From contig CAYXFD010000013.1 of NCBI GenBank assembly GCA_964464175.1, forward strand, positions 8,391 to 72,390: a DNA stretch of 64,000 bases, written 5' to 3'. The notes under the pieces were generated by a model. The model did no database searches. It had not been told where the DNA came from and saw nothing but the letters and a program-made list of their open reading frames with translations. Within the stretch, counting starts at the first letter, position 1. The number at the start of each line of letters is the position of its first letter. Shown here piece after piece: positions 8,485-18,700 of this stretch. The translations under genes and the position numbers were made by a program. This stretch comes from an uncultured Candidatus Cloacimonadota bacterium. Lineage in GTDB: Bacteria > Cloacimonadota > Cloacimonadia > Cloacimonadales > JAJBBL01.

Positions 8485-9384
8485 ATGAGTATAACTTGCA
8501 GAAATTACCATAATGACAGAAGGTTTGGAACCGATTATCATAAAGTCTGTGATTTTCTTATCAGGATAAACGAAAGAGCTGTTATCAAACCAAATTTTCT
8601 CTGGGGAAGATGGGTCTGGATGATTAGCCGCCCTGTTGATAATGAGGAGCAGAGAAATCTGATAGGTATCTGGGAGAAGGAGGCGAAAATTGTAGCTCTG
8701 GCTACATTCGAACTGACTTTCGCAGAGATTCATATTTGTCTTGATCCTGATTACCGCTATCTGTTCCCTGAGATCATTGCCTATGCCGAAGAGCATCTTT
8801 CTGCTGAAGGTCTGCTGCATATTCTTCTCCCCGACAATGACCGGGAACTGCAGAAAATTGCTGCCCGGCAGGGATTTACTCCAACCGGGGAAAAGGAGCC
8901 GGTTTCGGTTCTGGATATACCTAAGTATTTGACAATCACTCTGCCGGAAGGATTCGGGATCGTCAGCATGGCAGATAACTGGGATTTTTATCAATACAAC
9001 CGGGTTATGTGGCGTGGTTTCGGTCATGAGGGTGAACCGGCGCAGGAAAAGGAAGATATCGAGTGGCGGGAGACGATGCTGAGCAGTCCTCATCTCCTTC
9101 CTGAACTCGTTCTTGCCGTAGTTTCTCCTCAGAATACTTATGCCTCTCATTGCGGATTGTGGTATATTCCGGGCAGCGATTATGCCTATTTGGAACCTTT
9201 GGTGACCGATCCGGCTTACCGGCAGCTGGGGTTAGGAAAAGCTGTCTTGCTGGAAGCAGCGAGAAGAGCAGCGGAATTAGGAGCAAAAGAGGTTTATGTC
9301 TGTTCCGAACAGCAATTTTACTATAATCTCGGTTTTTATCCCCTCCCCTCCGAAACCTGGTGGAAGAAAAGCAGTTCGGCATAA
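8485..9384 (+). CDS. GNAT family N-acetyltransferase
   Basis: The C-terminal acetyl-CoA binding motif YRQLGLGKAVLLEAARRAAELGAKEVYV is present. A strong RBS (aggagaaaaggag) lies upstream. Confidence 0.7.
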   Translation: MSITCRNYHNDRRFGTDYHKVCDFLIRINERAVIKPNFLWGRWVWMISRPVDNEEQRNLIGIWEKEAKIVALATFELTFAEIHICLDPDYRYLFPEIIAYAEEHLSAEGLLHILLPDNDRELQKIAARQGFTPTGEKEPVSVLDIPKYLTITLPEGFGIVSMADNWDFYQYNRVMWRGFGHEGEPAQEKEDIEWRETMLSSPHLLPELVLAVVSPQNTYASHCGLWYIPGSDYAYLEPLVTDPAYRQLGLGKAVLLEAARRAAELGAKEVYVCSEQQFYYNLGFYPLPSETWWKKSSSA

Positions 9385-10021
9385 AAGTAAAGATACTGAA
9401 GGGGAGTCTCAAAATCATAATCCATAAGACCAGAAAAGGGATCGAGATGATGCATCGTTCGAAGGGACTGGTAACTGTGTAGGAACAGAATGGTTTTGCG
9501 GAGAACATTTTACAGGCTATCACCCAAAGAAGCAATTACCTCAGTGACCAAACATTTTAAGACCCAAGAATAGTCTCCCAAAGTTTGTAAAGAAAAGTTA
9601 TACTGCCGGCATTTGACCCACTTTTTTCCCTGATGACCTGATCAGGGGCGTAATCATGAGAGGTAAATCTCAACAACTCGATGGCTATATTTCTGAGTTC
9701 AGAAGATTTAAATTGACAAAAAAACGTTATAGATATACTTGATATACAGAAGATTTCAAGCTGAGAAGGATATAGTGTAACAGCTTGTGTTAGAAATTTG
9801 TAATTGATTTTTGAGTTAGCAACTCGACTTAGTGCTATTACTGAGGAATTGAGGTGGCTATGAAAAGAGTTAACGTCGCAAATTGTCCAGTGTTAGCGGC
9901 AAATACTTCCTGGTGTATTGGAATGCATCTAATGCTTATTAGTACCCAACATCATAATTAGGCTTTTTTTTCTTCAGGATGTTTCAGAATTAATCTTAGT
10001 TTTTTCTTTTCGGAGGTAAAA

Positions 10022-12820
10022 ATGAAGCATGTTTTTTTATTATCGTTTATCTTATTATTGACAGTAGTCTTGTTTGCAGAATCGGTTGATCATGATACCG
10101 CTCTAACTGCAGCAAGTAACTGGTTGAATCATCAAAACAATTTAAGGGGCAATTACCCGGATCTTTCAGTTAAGGACTTTTACATCCATCGACTTGAAGG
10201 TCAAATAATCTTTTATGTCTTTGATTTCGAACCGCAAGGTTTCGTTATGGTAGCCGGAAGCGATGCCTCAAGTCCAATTCTCGGTTACAGTGTATCGGGT
10301 TCGAGTAGTTTAGGTGATTTCCCTCCTAACGCTGCCTCATTCTTCTCGATCTATGAGAGAGGCATGTTGGATATCAATAATAATGAATTATCAAATGAGT
10401 ATTCTATAGGTGACTGGGAAGCTATTTTGACCGGGAACATTCCTTCTCCCCATCGCTCACGGGCAGTATCACCGCTGTTGTCAACTCAGTGGAATCAGAA
10501 CTATTCATGGAATACATCATGTCCTGCTGATGTCAACGGTCCGGGTGGTTACGTTTATGCCGGATGTCCTGCAGTAGCAGCGGCACAGGTAATGAACTAC
10601 TGGGAGCATCCGGACCAGGGCACCGGTTCACACTCTTATACTCATACCCAATACGGTTTACTCTCGGCAAATTTCGGAACTACTACCTATGATTGGTCAA
10701 GCATGTCTGATACCACTCCCACGAATTCAATCAGACAGCTGCTATTTCATCTTGGTGTTGCAACTGAGATGGACTACGGTCCTTATGGTTCAGGAGCTTA
10801 CTCTTCTGATGCCCGGGATGCTCTGGTAGATTTTTTTGATTATGATGCTTCAGCTTCATTAGAGTGGAAGTATAATTATTCTCACAACGAGTGGATATCG
10901 CTTCTCAAAGAACAGTTAGATAACAGTTACCCTTTATTCTATCATGGTTATGACTCAACTCATAGTTCCGGACATGCCTTTAATTGTGACGGCTATGATG
11001 CCAGTGATAATTTCCATTTCAATTGGGGTTGGAGTGGCAGTTATGACGGATATTTCAACCTCAATAGTCTTAATCCGGGAAGTCATGATTTCAGTTATTT
11101 ACAGGCAGCGATTGTTGATGTATATCCAGCATCGCAGCTTCCCGCTCCCCAGAACTTAACCGGCTATGCAGGCGGGGCAAAGGTATTTCTTTCCTGGTCA
11201 GCTCCCGCTTCCCGTTCCCTCCAGGGATATAACGTTTACCGTTTTGGGACCAAGATCAACCAGAGCCTGATAAACGGGTTGGAATACGAAGATACAGATG
11301 TTATGAGTCCCGGTATTTATCAGTATTATGTAACAGCAGTTTATGATTCGGGAGAATCCGGAGCTTCGAATACTGTTACCATGGAAACCTATAATCCTTT
11401 ATCCCTACCATTTTCGGAGAACTTCGATACAGTTAGTGAAATCCCTGTTTATTGGCATTTAGATGATCACATTGGCAACGGTCAGGTGTGGCAGGTAGGA
11501 ATTGTTTTCGGAGGGTTAGTGACAAGCGGTAATTATGCTTTTCTAAACAGCCATAATTACGGGTCAGGTAATACTCAGAATTGTGACCTGATAACTCCCG
11601 TTTTAGATCTGACGAATTACCGTAATATTCAGCTCTCTTTCAGCCACTATTTCAAACAGAAAGCGCTCTCTTCCACAGCAACTCTGTCTTATAGTTTGGA
11701 TAATGGTGCTTCCTGGACAGCGATAGACTCCTGGACAGACGATACTGCTAATCCGGATTTCTTTAGTTCTTTTATTTCTGCTGTAGATAAGGAATCTGAA
11801 GTCAGATTCAAATGGAATTATACCGGTACATGGGGTAATTACTGGTGTATAGATAATATTGATATAGTCGGGGAGGAATTAGTCATTCCGCCTGAAGGAA
11901 CAATGGTTGAAGGCTTTTTCTTTTCACATGACAATCCAGAATCGATCTCTTACGATCCCGAACCCGCAGATCCGCCGGATCCTCCGGAAGATTACAATAA
12001 TCTACTGTTAATTGGAGTTTCCGGTTCAGGACTAGTTCAGTTCACGATATCGGCAGATCCGCAAACATCTGGGTTTTACTATGTATCAGGAGGATGGTCG
12101 GCACCACATGCCTGTATTGATAACGAGATTGTCTTTAATATCGATTTTGGAAGAGGCGACGCTTATATCTTTCTTGGTGATGAAGATGATCCTCCGCTTC
12201 CGGTAGAGCTTTCTTCCTTCACTGCTAATATTACTGCCGATATGTTTGTGAACCTCGAATGGCGGGCAGAGTCAGAAACTAATATGCTTGGCTATAACGT
12301 GTTTCGCGCTTCGGAAGACAGTGTTACAGAAGCTGCGAAAGTAAATCCGGTTACGATTGAAGCCCATAATGAAAGTGTAGCAACTGACTATTATTATGTT
12401 GATCAGAATGTCTTTAGTGGTCAAGAATACTACTATTGGCTGGAGTTGATCGATCTCGATCTGACAACTAATTTCCATGGTCCTGTTTATGTCTTTGTGA
12501 ACGAAGATGAGGAATCAGGAACAACGCCGGTTCTTCTTGAAACCAGACTGATCGGAGCTTATCCCAATCCTTTCAATCCTGAAACCGCTGTAAGGTTCTC
12601 TGTCGCAGAAACTACAAAGGTATCTATCACAGTTTACAATCTGCTCGGACAAAAGATGCAGTCTCTTTTGATTAACGAACTCTACGATAAAGGAAGACAT
12701 TCAGTTGTCTGGAATGGAAGGGATGCCGATAATCAACCTGCTGCTTCCGGGATTTATTTCTACAGAATGAAAACCGATGACGGTTTTGAGGATTTCAAAA
12801 AAATGCTCTTGCTGAAGTAG
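10022..12820 (+). CDS. Secreted C10-family (streptopain-like) cysteine peptidase with T9SS-type C-terminal sorting domain
   Basis: It has a signal peptide and an N-terminal inhibitor-like prodomain. The catalytic Cys context is YVYAGCPAVAAAQVMNYWEHP and the His context is SSGHAFNCDGYD. The C-terminus is IGAYPNPFNPETAVRFSV...GIYFYRMKTDDGFEDFKKMLLLK. Confidence 0.8.
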   Translation: MKHVFLLSFILLLTVVLFAESVDHDTALTAASNWLNHQNNLRGNYPDLSVKDFYIHRLEGQIIFYVFDFEPQGFVMVAGSDASSPILGYSVSGSSSLGDFPPNAASFFSIYERGMLDINNNELSNEYSIGDWEAILTGNIPSPHRSRAVSPLLSTQWNQNYSWNTSCPADVNGPGGYVYAGCPAVAAAQVMNYWEHPDQGTGSHSYTHTQYGLLSANFGTTTYDWSSMSDTTPTNSIRQLLFHLGVATEMDYGPYGSGAYSSDARDALVDFFDYDASASLEWKYNYSHNEWISLLKEQLDNSYPLFYHGYDSTHSSGHAFNCDGYDASDNFHFNWGWSGSYDGYFNLNSLNPGSHDFSYLQAAIVDVYPASQLPAPQNLTGYAGGAKVFLSWSAPASRSLQGYNVYRFGTKINQSLINGLEYEDTDVMSPGIYQYYVTAVYDSGESGASNTVTMETYNPLSLPFSENFDTVSEIPVYWHLDDHIGNGQVWQVGIVFGGLVTSGNYAFLNSHNYGSGNTQNCDLITPVLDLTNYRNIQLSFSHYFKQKALSSTATLSYSLDNGASWTAIDSWTDDTANPDFFSSFISAVDKESEVRFKWNYTGTWGNYWCIDNIDIVGEELVIPPEGTMVEGFFFSHDNPESISYDPEPADPPDPPEDYNNLLLIGVSGSGLVQFTISADPQTSGFYYVSGGWSAPHACIDNEIVFNIDFGRGDAYIFLGDEDDPPLPVELSSFTANITADMFVNLEWRAESETNMLGYNVFRASEDSVTEAAKVNPVTIEAHNESVATDYYYVDQNVFSGQEYYYWLELIDLDLTTNFHGPVYVFVNEDEESGTTPVLLETRLIGAYPNPFNPETAVRFSVAETTKVSITVYNLLGQKMQSLLINELYDKGRHSVVWNGRDADNQPAASGIYFYRMKTDDGFEDFKKMLLLK

Positions 12821-12849
12821 GATATCTAACTAATTATAATCAGAAACAG

Positions 12850-12880
12850 AGCCCGGATATCATTTTATCCGGGCTTTTTT
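12850..12880 (+). terminator. Rho-independent terminator of the C10 peptidase gene
   Basis: A perfect 10-bp stem pairs agcccggata (12850-12859) with tatccgggct (12866-12875) around a 6-nt loop, followed by a T6 run to 12880. Confidence 0.85.
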
Positions 12881-13059
12881 CGTCCTTTGCTCCCGAAGAG
12901 GGGAGACCTGACTCTTCATCATCTGCTGTCAGACGACCGTTAATGATCTGTACGGCAACTCCATCCTTTTCGTATCTGCTCTTAGTTGTCCATACCTGTC
13001 GTCTTTGGAATGAAGGTTTTGAGAAAATTTGACAGGGAAGAGGGCTTAGCAGCCTGGGA

Positions 13060-13509
13060 TTACCAGTTGTGAGTCAGGTTTGAAGTATCCTCTGCCGGCG
13101 GGAGAAAACCTTGTTCGATAATAGATGCTACATTGGTTGGAATACCGGCAGCCTCCAGTTCTTCTTTCGTTGTTAGTGACAGCTCTATTTCCGGATTATC
13201 CTTCCTGAACCGGTAGATAAACCTGATAAAGTGGGCGAAATTAGTGGAAGCGGGAATTTCCCTGCCGGAATAGAACTTTTTCCGTTGTCCGGCATAGCTT
13301 TTCAGATCATTTTTAAAACCGGTGGAACAGAGTTTCCAGGTATTCACCAGGTTCTTCAGGGAAGAACCGAAGTTATGATGATTCTGTTTTAATTCCGGTC
13401 TGACATATCTTCTGATTACGGCTCTGTTTCCCTCTTTCCATTTGAGATGGACATAGCCGCCGATTTTACCGCTGATCGTTCTTATAGCCATGGTATAGAT
13501 CGCTTTCAT
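13060..13509 (-). CDS. Hypothetical protein (149 aa), no recognisable motif
   Basis: This is an intact ORF with a canonical RBS (aaggagga) upstream of the ATG. It is co-oriented with, and 70 nt downstream of, the 222-aa ORF. Confidence 0.6.
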   Translation of the reverse strand: MKAIYTMAIRTISGKIGGYVHLKWKEGNRAVIRRYVRPELKQNHHNFGSSLKNLVNTWKLCSTGFKNDLKSYAGQRKKFYSGREIPASTNFAHFIRFIYRFRKDNPEIELSLTTKEELEAAGIPTNVASIIEQGFLPPAEDTSNLTHNW

Positions 13510-13579
13510 CTTTGTTTTCCTCCTTGGTTATCCTTTTCTCCCTTATCACATTCTTCATTTAGCAAACGCATAACAAGCT

Positions 13580-14248
13580 TCAGCCGGGGAGTTGCTGAAG
13601 CTCATCACTCCACAGGAAACGGAGTGTATTGGACAGCTCTTTATTGCGGGTGTTTACCGCATAAAAGCACTGTTCATCTTTACCTTCATATTCGAACTTA
13701 ATACTCTTTTTCGGACAATATACTGCTGTCGTTATGAGCAGATCAGAAGCCGGATCAGGTTGATTTCCCACCGTTGTTTCATAGATGTCGAGAGGATCAT
13801 CTCCCCTTACCTTTCTTTCGAACCGGAAATTGAGCAATCTCAGATTGACCGGTTGACTCTTTAAGAGATAATAGGGGTAGGTTGAGTGCAATACTCGTAA
13901 TCTTTCGCTGATACCGGAGCCAGGAGTTTGATGGGCAAGGTGCATGATCATCCTTGTCCTTATTCGCAGTGGTGTGTTGATATGATTCTTGTATTTTTCC
14001 GGTTCATAGAGCTTTATCTGCTGCGAACCATGCGACATCTGGAAGACATATTTATCGGTCTTCCCCCTTAAAGAGATAGTCATTCTCGTTAATCTCTGAT
14101 GCTCAAAGTCCGATTCAAAATAATTCTTCAGCGAGTTTCGTAACTGTTTCCGTAAACTTCTCGGGATCACAGGATTATCCGGAAGAGCTAATCTCTGTTT
14201 TAGCCTTTGTATTTCATATAAGACTAACTTATCTTTTCTTGCTTTCAT
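13580..14248 (-). CDS. Hypothetical protein (222 aa), no recognisable motif
   Basis: This is an intact ORF with a perfect RBS (taaggaggtaagcaATG). A small 5'-UTR hairpin lies at 14271-14289. Confidence 0.65.
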   Translation of the reverse strand: MKARKDKLVLYEIQRLKQRLALPDNPVIPRSLRKQLRNSLKNYFESDFEHQRLTRMTISLRGKTDKYVFQMSHGSQQIKLYEPEKYKNHINTPLRIRTRMIMHLAHQTPGSGISERLRVLHSTYPYYLLKSQPVNLRLLNFRFERKVRGDDPLDIYETTVGNQPDPASDLLITTAVYCPKKSIKFEYEGKDEQCFYAVNTRNKELSNTLRFLWSDELQQLPG

Positions 14249-15004
14249 TGCTTACCTCCTTAAATTGATCGTTCTTCCCAAAAAAGAACCCTCTATATAT
14301 AAAAGGATAACAAATTGACCGGAGAGGAAATCTACATGCTGCTTTTTCCGACTGTGGAATACCTCTCTGGTTTCCCTCATAAGGATCAATAATATCCGAT
14401 ACTTCTATTCCCAGAATTATGCTGTAATGCAGGGGAGAGGGGGGAGACAGACATGTAGGAGTCCTGTCTTGATGAGCTTTGAAAGAAGTTGTATGATTAG
14501 GTAATCAGAATAATGAAGGATTTCTTGTTGGTTCTGAGGTAGGTGTTTTAGTATTGTAAAAGCCACCATTTTTAGCTTCTTTTCTCAATCTCGAGGTAGT
14601 TGATTCGATTTCGGAAAAGCAAGGAGAAAGCTGGTTCATTGGCTCTCTTCAACCAAAATTGATGTATGGGGGGGGAGAATATCAGTTACGAACAGGTAAT
14701 ATCGATTGAATCTGCAATACAAACTATTTCAAGATGAAAAGATGTATGTTTCGAATATCGAAGCATAGAATCTCATTAATGAATTTTTGAACATTACTGA
14801 ATATTATTGAAAAATGGAGCACCAGAATGTAGTCTTTGTTCATCGTCTTTTCGCTGATAAAAAAACTTGACGGTTTATTAAGCTCAACGACTATGACTAT
14901 ATAGTTGATGTTTGTATATTTTTCTATATTTTAACCGATTTCATGAGTTTTCTGCTAATGGCAAACATCATTGCTAAGAACAAATTATTTTGGAGGATTA
15001 GGTA

Positions 15005-15736
15005 ATGAAATGGTTTGTATTTCTTTCAATGCTTTTTTTCTTGACCGGGTCGCTGGCTGCCCTTACAGGTTTTGGAGATTCAACAATAAATGTTGAGTTG
15101 GATGAAACAATACCGGATGATCCTTTACCGGTTGAACTATCGTCATTCACAGCAGCTCTTACTTCTACACGGTTTATTGAGTTACGTTGGGTCTCAGAGG
15201 CTGAGTATAGTATGTTGGGCTATAATGTCTATCGTGGTATAAATGGGGATTTATCGGAAGCACTGAAGATTTCATTAGAGATTATTCCGGCATATAACTA
15301 CTCTTTTTCTACTAACTACAGCTTTGTTGATGAAGACGTAGTTGCGGGGAATGTCTTTTTTTACTGGCTGCAAGCTGTTAATCTCGATTTGACGAACAAG
15401 TATTTCGGTCCTTTATCTGTAATCATTGATGATCAGGAAGAAGATACTCCTTTGATCTTTATCACCTCATTAGGAAAAAACTATCCGAACCCTTTCAATC
15501 CCAACACAATTATTGAATACAGTATTAGAGAAGAGACCGAAGCAGTTTTGAGAATCTATAATGTACGGGGTCAGATTGTAAAGACACTTTTCTCAGGGGT
15601 AAGAGAAGCGGGAAATTACCGGGAAAAATGGAACAGTATTGACAGTCAGGGTAGAGAGGTTGCATCCGGAGTTTATTTATATCGGCTTACGACCGATCAC
15701 TATGACAGAATCAATAAGATGCTACTTGTCAAGTGA
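15005..15736 (+). CDS. Small secreted protein: LPVELSSFT module plus T9SS-type C-terminal sorting domain
   Basis: It has a signal peptide and the module DDPLPVELSSFTAALTSTRFIELRW...GYNVYR...FFYWLQAVNLDLT. The C-terminus is NYPNPFNPNTIIEYSI...GVYLYRLTTDHYDRINKMLLVK. An RBS (ggagga) is present. Confidence 0.75.
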   Translation: MKWFVFLSMLFFLTGSLAALTGFGDSTINVELDETIPDDPLPVELSSFTAALTSTRFIELRWVSEAEYSMLGYNVYRGINGDLSEALKISLEIIPAYNYSFSTNYSFVDEDVVAGNVFFYWLQAVNLDLTNKYFGPLSVIIDDQEEDTPLIFITSLGKNYPNPFNPNTIIEYSIREETEAVLRIYNVRGQIVKTLFSGVREAGNYREKWNSIDSQGREVASGVYLYRLTTDHYDRINKMLLVK

Positions 15737-15754
15737 TTCAAAGGAGGGGTACCA

Positions 15755-18700
15755 ATGAAGCAGTTTCTAATATCGATCTTAGTCGTATTGTATATACCGA
15801 TTCTATTTGCTCAGACAATAGGGGATCCCCCTGTAGTTTCGAACGTAGTCATGTGGCAGAACCAGAACAACGGGTTGATTTATGTTACATATGATTTAAG
15901 TATTCAAGCGAACCCAGTTCCTTGTCATGTGACCCTGGTCATCTCAGGAGATGAAGGAGTGAGTTTCAAAATTCATCCCTTGCCTGAATTTATAGAAGGC
16001 GATTTCGGAGATTATGTAACAGTAGGAACAGGCAAACAGATAATCTGGGACATCTACCGGCAGTCTCAAGCATTAGGTTCTCAGGGTGTATTCGGTAATA
16101 CTTACCGTGCCCGGGTTATAGCCCGCCGCAATGATTTTAATCCCGTTAATCCAGCACCGGCAGGGTTTGTTTCTATCGAGGGTGGTACGTTTCACAATGG
16201 CACGTCCAATATAACGATCAGCAGTTTTTACATTGACCGTTATGAGGTTACCCAAGTCGAATATGAAGCAGTTATGGGTACGAATCCTTCGGATTTCAGC
16301 GGAAGCAGTAATCTCCAGCGTCCGGTGGAGCAGGTATCCTGGTTCAATGCTATCGAATACTGCAACCGAAGAAGTATGCAGGAAGGACTAATACCTTGCT
16401 ATAGTTACAGTACTTTTGGCACTAACCCTGATAACTGGCCAGTAGGATGGGATTTTTTGCCAAACCACACCAATGTAACCTGTAATTGGAACGTTAATGG
16501 GTACCGTTTGCCTACAGAAATGGAATGGATGTTTGTTGCTAAGGGAGGTAATCAGAGCCAGAACTACACCTACAGTGGCAGTAACACAATTGATTTAGTT
16601 GCGTGGTATTATGGTAACTCAGATATCGGTGATGGGCAAGGAAGGCGCTCTCACGAGATAGGCACCAAAACCCCAAACGAATTGGGTATCTATGACATGA
16701 GTGGAAATGTTTGGGAGTGGGTGTGGGATATGTTCAGTTATGATTATCCCAGTAACGATCAGACAAATCCGACGGGTCCAAGTGTTGAAGGAACACGTGT
16801 TGTGCGTGGTGGTTGTTGGAATCAAACAGACAATAATTGTACCAATTCAACTCGAGGTAATAGCAGCGCAACAATTGATTTCAACACTCACGGCTTTCGT
16901 ATTGTCAGAAGGTTTTCTATGGAAACGGTAGCGACCCCTGTATTTTTTCCTTCTCCTGGAACCTATGCCAGTTCTCAGATGGTCAGTATCAGTTGTTCCA
17001 CACCGGGAGCTACGATCTACTACACGACCAATGGTAGCGAGCCAAACACTAATTCCACTATCTATACTGGTGCGATAACGGTGAATTCGAATACCACTGT
17101 CAAAGCCAAAGCTTACAAAGCGTCATTTATTCCTTCGGATGTTGTCGAAGGTATCTACATCATCAATACTGCCCCTGCGAACATGATATTGATATCAGGC
17201 GGAACTTTTACCATGGGCAGAACTACCGGTACAGGAGGCGGCAATGAACTTCCGACGCACAGCATAACTCTGAACTCGTTTTACCTGGGAAAATATGAGA
17301 TTACTCAAGGAGAGTATGAAGCAATCTTGGGCTCTAATCCAGCCTCCGGTGCTGGTGAAGGAGAGGACTTTCCCGTTTATGAGGTGAGTTGGTATTCTGC
17401 TATCAAGTATTGCAATCTTCGCAGTATGGCTGAAGGTCTTGTTCCGGCATATACCATAGATGGCTCTACAGATCCTGGAGATTGGGGAGCAGTTCCTGAG
17501 ACCGGTAATGCCACCTGGGATGCAGTAACTTGTAACTGGAATGCCAATGGTTATCGCTTACCTACAGAAGCGGAATGGGAATATGCCGCCCGGGGAGCAG
17601 TCAACAATCCTGACTATCTCTACAGCGGATCGGATGACATTGACGATGTGGCATGGTTTGAAGGAAACAACAATCCGTGGGGAACAAAACAAATCGGTCT
17701 CAAAGATCCTAATGTATTAGGATTGCATGATCTGAGCGGAAACGTGATTGAATGGTGCTGGGATTGGTATTCCTACTCTTATTATAGTGAAAGCTCAGCA
17801 AATAATCCTACCGGACCTTCCACAGGCACTTACAGGATTGCCAGAGGTGGCGATTGGTCTCTGCCTGAAAACAGCAGCCGTGTTTCAGCTCGAGGTTTTG
17901 CCAATCCTGAGCATAGAAGTCTAAATTTTGGTTTCCGGGTTTGCTTTAATGCGCCAACAGTTGCCACACCTACTATCTTTCCAGTCGGTGGTACTTACTA
18001 CACCAGCCAAAGTGTAACCATCGACTGTTCCACAAATGGTGCTGCTATCTACTATTCCATCAACGGCAGCGATCCCGATGAAAACTCCACCCTTTATAAC
18101 GGGCCAATTTCTCTAAGTTCAGATACAATGCTTAAAGCGAAGGCCTATATGACAAACTGGGAACCGAGTGGCATAGCCAGTGCAGAATATACATTTGATA
18201 CCATACAGGATAGTCTCATATTAGTTCAAGGAGGCACTTTCCACAATGGAGTTTCCAATGTTACTCTCTCATCTTTTTTCATTGATAAATATGAAGTTAC
18301 TCAGTCAGAGTATTTGGCTGTGATGGGAACAAATCCCGGCAGCAATAACTCAGAGCATGGCGATCCGCTTAATCATCCGATCAACAATGTCACTTGGTTC
18401 AATGCTATCGAGTACTGTAACCGCCTGAGTATAATAGAAGGGTTGACTCCGGCATACAGCTACAGTAATTACGGTACTAATCCTGATGATTGGCCTTCCG
18501 GTTGGAATACAAGTAGTGGCAATCATACGAACGTATCCTGTGACTGGTCAGCGGATGGTTATTGTTTACCTACTGAGATGCAGTGGGAGTATGCTGCCCG
18601 TGGTGGGATACCTGCCCAGAATGCAGGGACATTTAACGATACTTATGCCGGAACTGATGTTCAGGGTACTGGAACGGGGCAGTTAGGGGATTATGCCTGG

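Noticed and set aside
6907-9535. Antisense or overlapping ORFs 6907-7383 (+), 8437-9150 (-), 8741-8932 (+), 8781-8969 (-) and 9005-9535 (-)
   Set aside because: These are shadow ORFs opposite or overlapping the well-supported permease and GNAT genes. Their composition is low-complexity or Cys/Arg-rich, and they have no RBS.
9860-9961. 33-aa Cys-containing small ORF (MKRVNVANCPVLAANTSWCIGMHLMLISTQHHN) in the 637-nt spacer upstream of the C10 peptidase, considered as a RiPP precursor or leader peptide
   Set aside because: The GAGGTGG lies only 2 nt from the ATG, which is poor spacing. There are no neighbouring maturation enzymes and no conservation evidence is available. It cannot be supported from sequence alone.
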